A DNA stretch of 64,000 nucleotides from an uncultured Pelagibacteraceae bacterium. Lineage in GTDB: Bacteria > Pseudomonadota > Alphaproteobacteria > Pelagibacterales > Pelagibacteraceae. Shown here one piece after another: positions 7,704 through 17,400 of this stretch. Positions within the stretch are counted from its first letter, which is position 1, and every line of letters starts with the position of its first letter. Location of the stretch: NCBI GenBank assembly GCA_902623075.1, contig CACNSD010000005.1, positions 17,093 to 81,092 on the forward strand, written 5' to 3'. The translations under genes were made by a program, and so were the position numbers. The notes under the pieces are model-generated. The model was not told where the DNA came from and searched no databases. It saw nothing but the letters and a program-made list of their open reading frames with translations.

Positions 7704-8509
7704 TTTATTACAGACATTGGATCTAATCTAGTTTGAAACCAATTAATTCTAAAATCTAAGTGTGGTCCAGTTGATCTTCCTGTAGATCCAACAGTACCTA
7801 TAATATCACCTTGATTAATTTGATCACCAACTGAAACCAATACGTTTTCTAAATGAGAATATATTGTCGATATACCATGACCATGATCCATTATAACTGT
7901 ACCACCTGTATAATATAAATCGTCTTCTGCCATAGTGACTATACCTGAACCAGATGATTTAATCATCGTTCCCTGTTTGGCTGCAATATCTATTCCATAG
8001 TGGGGCCATCTTGGTTTACCGTTTAAAATTCTTTGACTACCATAAACACCGCTAATTATACCTTCAACTGGCATGATAAATTTTTCTTTAAAAAATTGAA
8101 GATTGGAATTTATTGCTCTTGCTGCTCCAATTGCATTATTTTCTTTTTTAATTCTTTTATAAACAGACTCAGGTGGGGTAACTTTACTTTCTGCCAAACC
8201 GTCTATTCTTTGTATATTATATTTCCTTTTCAAAACTTTTTTTGTAGTTATTGATTTTTTTCCATTAACAATTTTTGTAAATATTAGGTTGTATTTTTGA
8301 TCTCGATCTATACCAAATACAAAAAAACCATCTTTTGATACTTTAACCTCTTTTTTTCCAACCAAAATTTTAGCGTTAGGATCAGTTTTACCTAATATAA
8401 AATGACCTTGTAGAAATTTACCTTGGAATTCAATAGCCTTAACTGGTGATGTAAAAACAAAAATAACAAAAAAAACAAAAAAAAATCTATAAATTATTGA
8501 GCTGTCCAT
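7700..8509 (-). CDS. M23 family metallopeptidase (peptidoglycan endopeptidase-like), secreted
   Basis: HYGIDIAA, HGHGISTIYSHL and GSTGRSTGPHLDF. I place the start at the internal ATG (MDSSIIYRFFFVFFVIFVFTSPVKA, a signal peptide) rather than track position 8572. It overlaps the SDR stop by 16 nt. Confidence 0.85.
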   Translation of the reverse strand: MDSSIIYRFFFVFFVIFVFTSPVKAIEFQGKFLQGHFILGKTDPNAKILVGKKEVKVSKDGFFVFGIDRDQKYNLIFTKIVNGKKSITTKKVLKRKYNIQRIDGLAESKVTPPESVYKRIKKENNAIGAARAINSNLQFFKEKFIMPVEGIISGVYGSQRILNGKPRWPHYGIDIAAKQGTMIKSSGSGIVTMAEDDLYYTGGTVIMDHGHGISTIYSHLENVLVSVGDQINQGDIIGTVGSTGRSTGPHLDFRINWFQTRLDPMSVIN

Positions 8510-9252
8510 CCACCATCTATAATTATTGATGTCCCAGTTATCATTGAGGATGCCGATGATGCCAAAAAACATACTGTTGTAGCAACATCACTTTCAGTAG
8601 CCGCTTTTCCCATTGGTATATTTCCAAGCGCTAATTTTTTAAATTTTTTATTTTTAAAAAATTTTTTAACCATTGGAGTTTCAACAAAAGTAGGAGCTAC
8701 GCTGTTAACTCTGATATTTTTTTTAGCCAACTCTACACCCATTCCCTTTGTTAATCCTTCTATTCCAAATTTTGTCATATTGTATACGTTTCTACCGCTC
8801 ATACCAACATGACCTAGTTGAGACGACATATTTATAATTGAGCCAGGTCTTCTTTTGTTTTTAAGCATCTTTCTAACAACTAATTGCGCCACGTTGAACG
8901 AAGCTTTGAGATTTAAATCTATCAGATAATTCATACTTTTTTGTTTAATATTTTCAAATGGCTCTGGAATATTAGTTCCTGCATTGTTAACCAAAACATC
9001 AATAATTTTAATTTTTTCTAATTTTTGTTTTAAATCCTCATAATTCATTACATCACATGTAACTTTAATAATTTTTCCTCTAACTTTTTTAATATTTTTT
9101 TCCAATTTATTGAGATCTGATGGAGTTCTACTTAAAGCTATAACCGTAGCACCTGCCTCTGCTAATGCGATAGAACAAGCTCTACCCAATCCTTTACCAG
9201 CACCAGTGACTAAGGCATATTTATTTTTAAGATTTATTTTTTGTAGATACAT
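8494..9252 (-). CDS. Short-chain dehydrogenase/reductase (SDR)
   Basis: TGAGKGLG cofactor motif, NNAG, and a catalytic YNMTK (YxxxK). Confidence 0.85.
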   Translation of the reverse strand: MYLQKINLKNKYALVTGAGKGLGRACSIALAEAGATVIALSRTPSDLNKLEKNIKKVRGKIIKVTCDVMNYEDLKQKLEKIKIIDVLVNNAGTNIPEPFENIKQKSMNYLIDLNLKASFNVAQLVVRKMLKNKRRPGSIINMSSQLGHVGMSGRNVYNMTKFGIEGLTKGMGVELAKKNIRVNSVAPTFVETPMVKKFFKNKKFKKLALGNIPMGKAATESDVATTVCFLASSASSMITGTSIIIDGGWTAQ

Positions 9253-9845
9253 TAAATGAATAATATTTTAATATCAGTGTAAATCAACTCAACAGCAACA
9301 AATAATACTGCCAATAATCCAAGCCAAGCAATCCATTTATATTTTTTAATCCAGCCAGAAATCAAAGTCGCAGCAGTAGCCATTAAAATAATTGATAAAG
9401 CTAATCCAAAAACAAGTAGTCCGTAATGATCACCAGCCGCCCCAGCAACACCCAAAACATTATCTAAACTCATTGTAAAATCTGCAAGTAAAACTGTCCA
9501 TATCGCTTTAAAAAAACTTGAACTATCGACATTGATATTTTCCTCTTTTTCTGACCCTTTGATTACATCTATGTAAAGTTTATAAACTATGTAAAGTAGT
9601 AATAATCCTCCAATAAGTCTTAAACCAGTTATTTGTAACAGATAAGCTGTAAGTAAAGTTAAAATTATCCTTAAAACTACAGCACCACCAATTCCCCAGA
9701 ATATAATTTTTTTTCTTTGCTCTAGTGGAAATTTTGATGCAACCATTCCTATAATAATAGCGTTGTCACCTGCTAAGACTAAATCAATAAAAATAATTTG
9801 AGTTAAAATTGCTATTTGCTCCGGAGTAAAAAATTCTGCAAACAT
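9252..9845 (-). CDS. TerC/YjbE-family integral membrane protein
   Basis: 197 aa, multi-TM. Duplicated DNAIIIG / DNVLGVAG motifs typical of TerC-family proteins. Confidence 0.75.
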   Translation of the reverse strand: MFAEFFTPEQIAILTQIIFIDLVLAGDNAIIIGMVASKFPLEQRKKIIFWGIGGAVVLRIILTLLTAYLLQITGLRLIGGLLLLYIVYKLYIDVIKGSEKEENINVDSSSFFKAIWTVLLADFTMSLDNVLGVAGAAGDHYGLLVFGLALSIILMATAATLISGWIKKYKWIAWLGLLAVLFVAVELIYTDIKILFI

Positions 9846-11440
9846 TACTTTTGTAGTATCATGTCTGCACCTTTTTCTGCAATCATTATTGTAGGAGCAT
9901 TAGTATTTCCAGAGGTTATATAAGGCATAACTGATGCATCAATTACTCTTAGATTTTTAATTCCATGAACTTTTAATTTATCGGATACCACAGCGTTTTC
10001 ATCTTTACCCATTCTGCATGTGCTCACTGGATGAAAAATTGTATTTGCATATTTTCCTGCCTCAACAGCTAACTGTTCATTGTCAGTAATATTTATTCCA
10101 GGTCTTAATTCTTCAGGTTCATAATTTTTGTAAGCTTTAGATTCCATTACTATTTTTCTTACTATTTTTAGAGACTTGCCAGCAATTTCCCTATCTTCGT
10201 CAGTAGATAAATAATTCATTTTAATTTTTGGAGGAATTCTTGTATCAGAAGAATTAAGTTCTATAGATCCTCTACTAGTAGGCCTCACATTTGTAATAGT
10301 TGGTGTGAAAGCAGGGAAATTATGCAAAGATGATTTTCCAAGAAGATCTGTGCTAGCAGGAGATACATGAAATTGTAAGTTTGGAGTCTCTAAATGTGGA
10401 TCACTTTTTACAAAACCACACAAATAACTTGCACCAACTGTCAGTGGACCAGAACGAGTTATGAAAAATTTTAATCCAGTAAATATTTTTTTTGTTAAAC
10501 TATAATAAATATCATTTAATGTTTCTAAATTTTTTATTTTATAAACAGGTCTTAACATTAGATGGTCTGTTAGGTTTTGACCTATACTTTTATGATCTAT
10601 TAAAACTTCAATGCCGTTGTTTTTCAACAATTGTGCAGGACCCAAACCTGACGCTTGAAGAATATGTGGAGAACCAATAGTACCAGCACTTAAGATAATC
10701 TCACCGTTAGCTTCAACAGTGTTTAATTTATCACCAGTCCAGAAATTAACTTTTTTAGCAATTTTATTTTCAAATTCAATATTTTTAATATGTGCTTTAG
10801 TTATAATTTTCAAATTACTTCTATTCTTTATTGGATTTAAATATCCAACAGCTGTGCTACATCTAAAACCATTTTTAATAGTAAATGGGAAATATCCCAT
10901 TCCTTCGTTATCACCGTTGTTAAAATCATCAGTTTTTTTATATCCAAATTCTTCAGCAGCTTCTAAAAATAAATCACAAACTTTAAAAGTAGACCTTATT
11001 TTTTCAACCTTTATAGGTCCGCCAGAGCCATGAAATTCATTTTCTCCGAATTGAAAATCCTCAGATTTTTTAAAATAGGGAAGTACATCATCCCATGACC
11101 ACCCAACATTACCTAGCTGCCTCCAATAATTATAATCATTTGACTGGCCTCTAATATAAAGCATTCCATTTATTGAAGAACTTCCTCCAAGAGTTTTTCC
11201 TCTTGGGTATGTCATCTTTCTGTTGTTGCAGAAAGGCTCTTCTTCTGTATTAAAACACCAATCAGTATCAGGGTTATGCATTGTTTTGAAATATCCGCCT
11301 GGTATATGTATCCAGGGGTTAGTATCTTTACCACCAGCCTCTAAAAGTAAGACTTTATTTTCAGGGTTAGTCGAAATTCTATTAGCAAGAACACATCCTG
11401 CTGATCCAGCACCAATAATAATATAGTCAAATTTATCCAT
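9845..11440 (-). CDS. GMC family FAD oxidoreductase (choline/alcohol dehydrogenase-like)
   Basis: 531 aa. N-terminal DYIIIGAGSAGCVLANR, GGSSSINGMLYIRG, and a C-terminal HPVSTCRMG...VIDASVMP. Confidence 0.9.
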   Translation of the reverse strand: MDKFDYIIIGAGSAGCVLANRISTNPENKVLLLEAGGKDTNPWIHIPGGYFKTMHNPDTDWCFNTEEEPFCNNRKMTYPRGKTLGGSSSINGMLYIRGQSNDYNYWRQLGNVGWSWDDVLPYFKKSEDFQFGENEFHGSGGPIKVEKIRSTFKVCDLFLEAAEEFGYKKTDDFNNGDNEGMGYFPFTIKNGFRCSTAVGYLNPIKNRSNLKIITKAHIKNIEFENKIAKKVNFWTGDKLNTVEANGEIILSAGTIGSPHILQASGLGPAQLLKNNGIEVLIDHKSIGQNLTDHLMLRPVYKIKNLETLNDIYYSLTKKIFTGLKFFITRSGPLTVGASYLCGFVKSDPHLETPNLQFHVSPASTDLLGKSSLHNFPAFTPTITNVRPTSRGSIELNSSDTRIPPKIKMNYLSTDEDREIAGKSLKIVRKIVMESKAYKNYEPEELRPGINITDNEQLAVEAGKYANTIFHPVSTCRMGKDENAVVSDKLKVHGIKNLRVIDASVMPYITSGNTNAPTIMIAEKGADMILQK

Positions 11441-11582
11441 TACTAAGAGCCTTTATAGATCAAATTTTTTTTTTTTCTAATATTTATCGTAAAAATATTA
11501 AATAATTTCATATTAACACTTGTTTTAGAATTCATTCTTTGACAAGCTTTCATTTTTAAAAATAAAAAAGGGGAAATATAAT

Positions 11583-12677
11583 ATGAAAAAAATCATTTCA
11601 ATGTTATTTGCAGTAGCAATGGTATTTGGATTTATTTCAAATGCAAATGCTGCAAAAACACTAAAGTGTCAGACAGTTCTTAACACTAAAGCTGATGAAG
11701 TTAAGATGTTAAAGGACTTTACTGATACAGTAACTGAACTAACAGGTGGATCACTTAAGTTTGAAATTTTGCCTGCTGGAGCAGTTGTTGGTGTAAAAGA
11801 AACACTAGACGCTGTTGATAAAGGATTAATAGATTGTGGTTTTGCTTGGACACACTACTGGTCAGGTGAACATCCTGCAGCCATGCTATTTGGCTCGCCG
11901 GTTGCTGGTGGCGGAATTGGTATTGATAATTTAGCGTTTTTATCATGGTTCCAATATGGTGGAGGAAAAGCGCTTTATGATCAATTATGGAAAGAAATGG
12001 GAAGAGATATTAAAGGATTTATGCTTCAACCTGTTGGACCAGAAGCTTTAGGTTGGTTTCCAAAACCAATTAAAGATATGGCTGACTTTAGAAAATATAA
12101 GTTCAGAACTCCTCCAGGAATACCAGGACAAACTTATAAAGACATCGGTATAGCATCTGTTGCTATGGGTGGTGGAGATATTCTACCAGCTTTAGAAGCA
12201 GGTACAATTGATGCTGCTGAATGGTGTTGTCCAAAACCTGACTTAACGTTTGGTTTCCAAAAAGTATTAAAGCACTACTACCTACAAGGTTTACACCAAG
12301 TTGTCGTAAATGCTGACTTTTATATTACTGGAAAAACTTACAATGCTATGACTGCTCACGAGAAGAAGTCACTTGAAGTTGCAGCTGATGCATCTTTGAT
12401 AAAATCTTTAAGTTATAGAATTTTATCAAACGGTGAAGCTTTGCAAGAACTAACTACAAAACATGGAGTTATTTTAGAAGATACTCCATCTGACTACTTT
12501 ACTGAATACATGGCAGCTGCCAAAGCAACTTTGAATAAAAATGCAGAAAAAAACGCGTTTTTCAAAGAAGTTTATGACTCTATGAAAGTTTTTGCTGATA
12601 AAGCAGTTCCTTTCTGGAGTGGTGCTCAAATGTCTAATGCGAAGCTAGGAATGGCTCACGCAGCAACATTAAAGTAA
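11583..12677 (+). CDS. dctP: TRAP transporter substrate-binding protein (DctP family)
   Basis: 364 aa with a signal peptide MKKIISMLFAVAMVFGFISNANA. Followed by the Q and M permease genes. The symbol is family-level only and the substrate is unknown. Confidence 0.85.
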   Translation: MKKIISMLFAVAMVFGFISNANAAKTLKCQTVLNTKADEVKMLKDFTDTVTELTGGSLKFEILPAGAVVGVKETLDAVDKGLIDCGFAWTHYWSGEHPAAMLFGSPVAGGGIGIDNLAFLSWFQYGGGKALYDQLWKEMGRDIKGFMLQPVGPEALGWFPKPIKDMADFRKYKFRTPPGIPGQTYKDIGIASVAMGGGDILPALEAGTIDAAEWCCPKPDLTFGFQKVLKHYYLQGLHQVVVNADFYITGKTYNAMTAHEKKSLEVAADASLIKSLSYRILSNGEALQELTTKHGVILEDTPSDYFTEYMAAAKATLNKNAEKNAFFKEVYDSMKVFADKAVPFWSGAQMSNAKLGMAHAATLK

Positions 12678-12698
12678 TCAATAAAATAATTTAAATAT

Positions 12699-12735
12699 TA
12701 GAGCGAACTAATTAGTTCGCTCTAATTTTTTTTTA
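12699..12735 (+). terminator. Rho-independent terminator/attenuator between dctP and dctQM
   Basis: Perfect hairpin GAGCGAAC-taatta-GTTCGCTC (12701-12722, extendable to 12 bp arms), followed by taaTTTTTTTTT. It lies 22 nt after the dctP stop. Confidence 0.65.
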
Positions 12736-12746
12736 GTAAGAATTTT

Positions 12747-13361
12747 ATGGCTGAAGAACCAGGTAAACTCGATATTTCAGATGAAATGATTGCCGAAAGG
12801 CGTGGTGGTTCAGGAAAAATGCCAGTTGATATGCCATCTTGGATGGCAAAATCTATAGTTAACATAGATAAATTTAGTAAGTGGATTGGAAGTGTTGTTT
12901 GTTGGATATTGATGCCACTAATTTTTGCAATGACATATGAAGTTCTTGCGAGAAAACTATTTTTAGCACCAACCATATGGGCTTATGACATAAGTAGGTT
13001 TTTATATGGAGCCTTATTTATGCTTGGTGCAGGTTATGCACTATCAAGAGGTGTTCATATTAGAGCAGATTTTTTATATAGAAATTTTAAAACCAAAACC
13101 CAAGGATTAATCGATTTTTGGTTATACCTTTTATTCTATTTTCCAGGATTAATAGTCTTTTTTTATATGACCTTTGGATTTGTTGTGGAGTCTATTCAAA
13201 GGGGAGAAAGGGGAATGGATACAACTTGGATGCCTTATATGTGGCCCATTAAAACTTGCTTACTAATCGGAATTATATTTTTACTTATTCAAGGTTTTTC
13301 AGAATTATTAAAGAGCTATTGGGCGGCAAAAAAAGGTGAGTGGCCAGGAGAAGAAAAATGA
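12747..13361 (+). CDS. dctQ: TRAP transporter small permease (DctQ family)
   Basis: 204 aa with 4 TM segments. Lies between the binding-protein and large-permease genes, with an ATGA overlap with the next gene. Confidence 0.75.
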   Translation: MAEEPGKLDISDEMIAERRGGSGKMPVDMPSWMAKSIVNIDKFSKWIGSVVCWILMPLIFAMTYEVLARKLFLAPTIWAYDISRFLYGALFMLGAGYALSRGVHIRADFLYRNFKTKTQGLIDFWLYLLFYFPGLIVFFYMTFGFVVESIQRGERGMDTTWMPYMWPIKTCLLIGIIFLLIQGFSELLKSYWAAKKGEWPGEEK

Positions 13362-14692
13362 TTGCAGAATTAATTGATCCAGCAATTTTAGGTTTCATTT
13401 TAGTTGGAGTAATGCTATTTGCAATATTTGTTGGATTTCCTATCTCTTTCACATTAATTTTCTTAGGTTTTGTTTTTGGTTATTTAGGTTTTGGAAAATT
13501 AGTTTTCTATCTTATGACCCTCCAATTCTCTATGGTCATGACTGAACAAACTCTCGCCGCCGTCCCACTCTTTGTATTCATGGGGATTATGATGGAACAA
13601 GCAGGGTTAATGGAAAGGTTATTTTCTGCATTCCAAATGATGTTAGCAAGAGTAAAAGGATCTTTATATTATGCGGTATTATTTGTTTCAGTAATATTTG
13701 CTGCTGCAACTGGTATCGTTGGCGCATCAGTTACAATCTTAGGGATTATGGCAGCAAAATCAATGAATAGATCGGGTTATGATGTAAAACTTGCAGCAGG
13801 TACAATTACTGCTGGCGGAACTTTAGGAATCTTAATACCACCAAGCATAATGCTTGTTGTAATGGGACCTATAATGGAAATTCCTGTAATTGATTTGTTT
13901 GCTGCAGCAATTATTCCAGGAATTCTTCTTGCAAGTTTATATGCAGGTTACACAACTATTAGATGCATGATTAATCCAAAACTTGGACCGGTACTTCCAG
14001 AGGAAATGCGTGCAGCTAGCATGAAAGAAGTATGGATTGAGTTTTTTTTAGGTTTAGTCCCACCAGCTGCATTAGTTTTTGCTGCATTAGGAAGTATTTT
14101 ATTTGGCTTTGCTACACCTACAGAGGCTGCTGGTTGTGGTGCGATGGGAGCTTTATTACTCTCATTAGCTTACAAAAAACTCACTTTATCAAAACTACAA
14201 GAGGCACTTGTTAAAACTTTAGAAATAACAGCTTTAATAATGGTTTTAGTTGCAGCTTCAAACTTTTTTGGAGCTGTATTTGCTAGATTAGGAACACCAA
14301 CATTACTAACTGAATTTTTATTAGGTTTAGAAATGAACAAATATCTTATCTTAGGAATGATTATGGTCATGATATTTTTGTTGGGTTGGCCTTTAGAATG
14401 GGTACCAATTGTTATGATAATTGTTCCAATAATATTACCACTTGTTGAAGCATTAGGATTCAATTTAACTTGGTTTGCTATATTGGTCGCTGTTAATCTT
14501 CAAACCGCCTGGTTATCTCCACCCGTAGCACTTTCCGCTTATTTCTTAAAAGGAGTGGTTCCAGAATGGGATTTAAAAGATATTTATTACGGAATGATGC
14601 AATTTATGGTTCTACAAATTATAGGCTTAGTTTTGATTATAATATTTCCTAAAATTGCGTTATGGCTACCAACTCTCTTATATGGACAGTAG
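13358..14692 (+). CDS. dctM: TRAP transporter large permease (DctM family)
   Basis: About 444 aa and highly hydrophobic. I prefer the ATG at 13358 (MIAELIDP, overlapping the dctQ TGA) over the track GTG at 13340. Confidence 0.85.
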   Translation: MIAELIDPAILGFILVGVMLFAIFVGFPISFTLIFLGFVFGYLGFGKLVFYLMTLQFSMVMTEQTLAAVPLFVFMGIMMEQAGLMERLFSAFQMMLARVKGSLYYAVLFVSVIFAAATGIVGASVTILGIMAAKSMNRSGYDVKLAAGTITAGGTLGILIPPSIMLVVMGPIMEIPVIDLFAAAIIPGILLASLYAGYTTIRCMINPKLGPVLPEEMRAASMKEVWIEFFLGLVPPAALVFAALGSILFGFATPTEAAGCGAMGALLLSLAYKKLTLSKLQEALVKTLEITALIMVLVAASNFFGAVFARLGTPTLLTEFLLGLEMNKYLILGMIMVMIFLLGWPLEWVPIVMIIVPIILPLVEALGFNLTWFAILVAVNLQTAWLSPPVALSAYFLKGVVPEWDLKDIYYGMMQFMVLQIIGLVLIIIFPKIALWLPTLLYGQ

Positions 14693-14717
14693 AATTTATT
14701 AGTTTAAAATAAATGAA

Positions 14718-16175
14718 GTGAATCAACCAAAAGTAAAATACTCTCTATCAAATTGGGATTTAGTAACGGTTAATCCAAATTACAAAAATTGGAATTGGAA
14801 AGATTTATTTTGTTTCTGGGGCACTAATGTACAAAGTGTAATTGGTTTCTCTTTAATATCTTCATTATACTTAATGTATAGTTTAAATGTATTTGTAGTA
14901 TTTTTTGGAATTATTTTAGGATCTTTTTTTGTTTATTTGTTTTCAAATATAATTGGTAAACCTTCTCAAAAATTTGGATTACCATTTGCAGTATTGTTGA
15001 GATCATCACTTGGATTTAATGGTGCTAAATTTTTTGGACTTATAAGAAGTTTAGTTGGAATTTTTTTATTTGGTATTCAAACGTATTTTTTATCTAAAAT
15101 ATTAGTATATTTGATTAGGATATTTATTTTTTCAATTGATAGTTCAATATTGGAACAAGAAGTTTTTATTGTCTTTTATTTTGGTCTAAATATTATCGAC
15201 TGGTTTGCAATATTCATTACAATAATCGTTCAGACTTTGTTATTCACTGTGGGAATTCAATATAACAAAAAAATAATTAATTTTTCAGCTATTACAGTTT
15301 ATCTAGGAATGCTAATTTTTTTCTTTGTTGTTTTATTGAGCGATGTCAAAATTACAAGTGAAGCATTTTCTAGTATTTTTAATTTAAATAATTTTTTAGA
15401 TGCCAATAATTTAGCACCTGTATTGACAGTTGCTGGAACGATATTTGCCTATTTTTCAATTTTAATTATTAGTTTTGGTGATTTTTCTAGATATGTAAAA
15501 AATGAAAAAGAGCTAAAAAAAGGAAATTTTAGTTTAATTTTGAATTTAATTATTTTTTCTTTTTTATCAGTTTTTATTGTTACGGGCTCAGATGTTTTTC
15601 TTAATCAAAAATTTTCAGATATGGATAGAATTTTTACTAATCCAACAGATATAATTGGAAAGTTTGATAGTGTTCAAATAACGATTGTTGTTTTGTTTTT
15701 TATCATAGTTGCTTCAGCTTCTACAAATTTAGCTGCTAATTATATACCATCTCAATATTCTTTAATAAATTTTGCCCCATCTAAATTAAGCCTTAGAAGT
15801 GCAAGTTATTTAATTTCATTTTGTGGATTATTAATCGCTATACTCTGGCTAACTATTTTAAGTCAAATAGGTATTTTGTCTTTTGTTGATACTTTTGGAG
15901 CTTTTTTTGGTCCTTTGTTTGGGGTGATAGTAGCTGATTATTATTTAATCAAAAAACAAGAATTAAGTAATAAAGATTTATATTCAATCGATAAAGAGAG
16001 TGCTTATTATTATTCAGGTGGCTGGCATATAAAAGGTGTTTATTCTTTAATTATAGGTTTCATTTTTTCAGCTTCTACAATTTGGAATATAAATTTAATG
16101 TTTTTACAGTCATATGCATGGATAATAGGTGCTTTTGTTTCTTGGATAACATATTACTTGTTGGCAAAAAAATAA
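14718..16175 (+). CDS. NCS1-family (nucleobase/thiamine-precursor/allantoin type) cation symporter
   Basis: 485 aa, about 12 TM. N-terminal DLVTVNPNYKNWNWKDLFCFWGTNVQ resembles the NCS1 entry motif. GTG start (the nearby ATG at 14713 stops after 2 codons). Confidence 0.65.
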   Translation: MNQPKVKYSLSNWDLVTVNPNYKNWNWKDLFCFWGTNVQSVIGFSLISSLYLMYSLNVFVVFFGIILGSFFVYLFSNIIGKPSQKFGLPFAVLLRSSLGFNGAKFFGLIRSLVGIFLFGIQTYFLSKILVYLIRIFIFSIDSSILEQEVFIVFYFGLNIIDWFAIFITIIVQTLLFTVGIQYNKKIINFSAITVYLGMLIFFFVVLLSDVKITSEAFSSIFNLNNFLDANNLAPVLTVAGTIFAYFSILIISFGDFSRYVKNEKELKKGNFSLILNLIIFSFLSVFIVTGSDVFLNQKFSDMDRIFTNPTDIIGKFDSVQITIVVLFFIIVASASTNLAANYIPSQYSLINFAPSKLSLRSASYLISFCGLLIAILWLTILSQIGILSFVDTFGAFFGPLFGVIVADYYLIKKQELSNKDLYSIDKESAYYYSGGWHIKGVYSLIIGFIFSASTIWNINLMFLQSYAWIIGAFVSWITYYLLAKK

Positions 16176-16176
16176 T

Positions 16177-17181
16177 ATGAAAGCTCTGGTTTATACAGGT
16201 ATGGAAGAGTTAACTTATAGAGATGAAAAAGACCCTGTTGAAAAAGAAGGTGAAAGTATATTAGAAGTTCATGCCTCCGGTATTTGTGGTTCTGACATGC
16301 ATGCTTATCATGGTAAAGATGAAAGAAGGGTACCACCTTTAATACTTGGACATGAAGTTAGTGGAAAAATTATTAATGGTAAATTTAAAGATAAAATAGC
16401 AGTATTAAATCCTTTATTAACTTGTGGTAAATGTGAATATTGCTCTAATAAAAGAGAACATCTTTGTCCGAATAGAGTGCTATTAGGCATGAACAGGCCT
16501 TATGAAAGGCAAGGAGGATTTGCAGAATTAATAACTGTACCAAATACAAATATTTATGATGTTCCAGAGAAATTAAAAGTTACAGAGGCCGCTGTAGCTG
16601 AACCAACGGCAGTAGCATATCATGCAGTATTGATAGGTGAAAAGTCTCTAAAAAAAAATATACAAGATTGTAGAATTTTGGTTCAAGGAGCAGGAGCTAT
16701 TGGTCTACTTTGTGCTCTTATTATCTCGAAAATTAAAAAAAATACTAATATTATAATGTCTGACCCTAACAAGCTTAGATTAGATGAGTGCTCAAAATAT
16801 TTAGATGCAAAATTTGTTGGACCAACAAGTAGTGAGGTTAAAAATGATAGTTTTGACATCGTTTTTGACACAGTTGGTTTAGAAGTTTCAAGACAACAAG
16901 CTATTTCGGTTGTTAAGCCTGGAGGATCCATTATTCACATTGGCCTTACACAGCCTGCTGGTGAGTTTAATTTTAGAAAGGCCACCTTACAAGAAATTAC
17001 TTTTATTGGAACTTACTGTTATACAAATCAAGATTTTAGCGACACCATTCAAATTTTAGCGAACAAAGATATAGGAAATTTAGATTGGATAGAATACAGA
17101 GACCTTAAAAATGGCGGAAGTGCCTTCAAACAAATACATGATGGTACATGTTCTGCACCAAAAATAGTGTTAATTCCCTAA
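16177..17181 (+). CDS. Zn-dependent alcohol/polyol dehydrogenase (MDR family)
   Basis: GICGSDMHAYHG, GHEVSG, structural Zn Cys cluster CGKCEYCSNKREHLC, and the NAD fold VQGAGAIG. Confidence 0.85.
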   Translation: MKALVYTGMEELTYRDEKDPVEKEGESILEVHASGICGSDMHAYHGKDERRVPPLILGHEVSGKIINGKFKDKIAVLNPLLTCGKCEYCSNKREHLCPNRVLLGMNRPYERQGGFAELITVPNTNIYDVPEKLKVTEAAVAEPTAVAYHAVLIGEKSLKKNIQDCRILVQGAGAIGLLCALIISKIKKNTNIIMSDPNKLRLDECSKYLDAKFVGPTSSEVKNDSFDIVFDTVGLEVSRQQAISVVKPGGSIIHIGLTQPAGEFNFRKATLQEITFIGTYCYTNQDFSDTIQILANKDIGNLDWIEYRDLKNGGSAFKQIHDGTCSAPKIVLIP

Positions 17182-17186
17182 TTTTA

Positions 17187-17312
17187 TTAATAAAATTGTT
17201 TTATATTTTGCTTAACTTTAATTCTGCTTACCTTAATATCATTAGATAATAAAGGTGCGGATAAAATTATTGACCAGTATATAAGAAGAATAAATATTGA
17301 AAAAATTCTCAT
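17187..17312 (-). CDS. Possible 41-aa hydrophobic small protein
   Basis: Hand translation: MRIFSIFILLIYWSIILSAPLLSNDIKVSRIKVKQNIKQFY. It sits in the otherwise unassigned 219-nt gap. There is no other support. Confidence 0.2.
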   Translation of the reverse strand: MRIFSIFILLIYWSIILSAPLLSNDIKVSRIKVKQNIKQFY

Positions 17313-17400
17313 ATTTATTATTTGGTAATCGATTTTGAGTTTAGAGTGTTCTAATTGTGACCGAATATTGAATTAAAAAAAAATTTCTTTATAAGAAGGT

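Noticed and set aside
8510..8572. Longer N-terminal extensions offered by the ORF track. Cases: M23 peptidase to 8572, dctM from GTG 13340, nuoG from TTG 31654, nuoI from 34654, cdsA from 53795, lpxD from TTG 58881, and the secreted protein to 20298.
   Set aside because: The extensions run deep into the upstream gene and lack homology-like sequence. Internal ATGs give canonical N-termini or signal peptides with the short overlaps typical of this window.
11539..11567. Possible promoter upstream of the TRAP binding-protein gene (TTGACA at 11539-11544).
   Set aside because: The -35 is good. However, the best -10 candidates at 17-18 nt spacing (ATAAAA/TAAAAA) are indistinguishable from background A-rich sequence. 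I left it uncalled.
17181..17196. AT-only palindromes after gene ends as terminators: ATTTTATTAATAAAAT after the Zn-ADH, ATTTATT...AATAAAT after dctM at about 14696, and AAGTTG...CAACTT after tig.
   Set aside because: The stems are A/T-only or short with large loops. Such palindromes are expected by chance at this composition and lack a convincing T-tract context.
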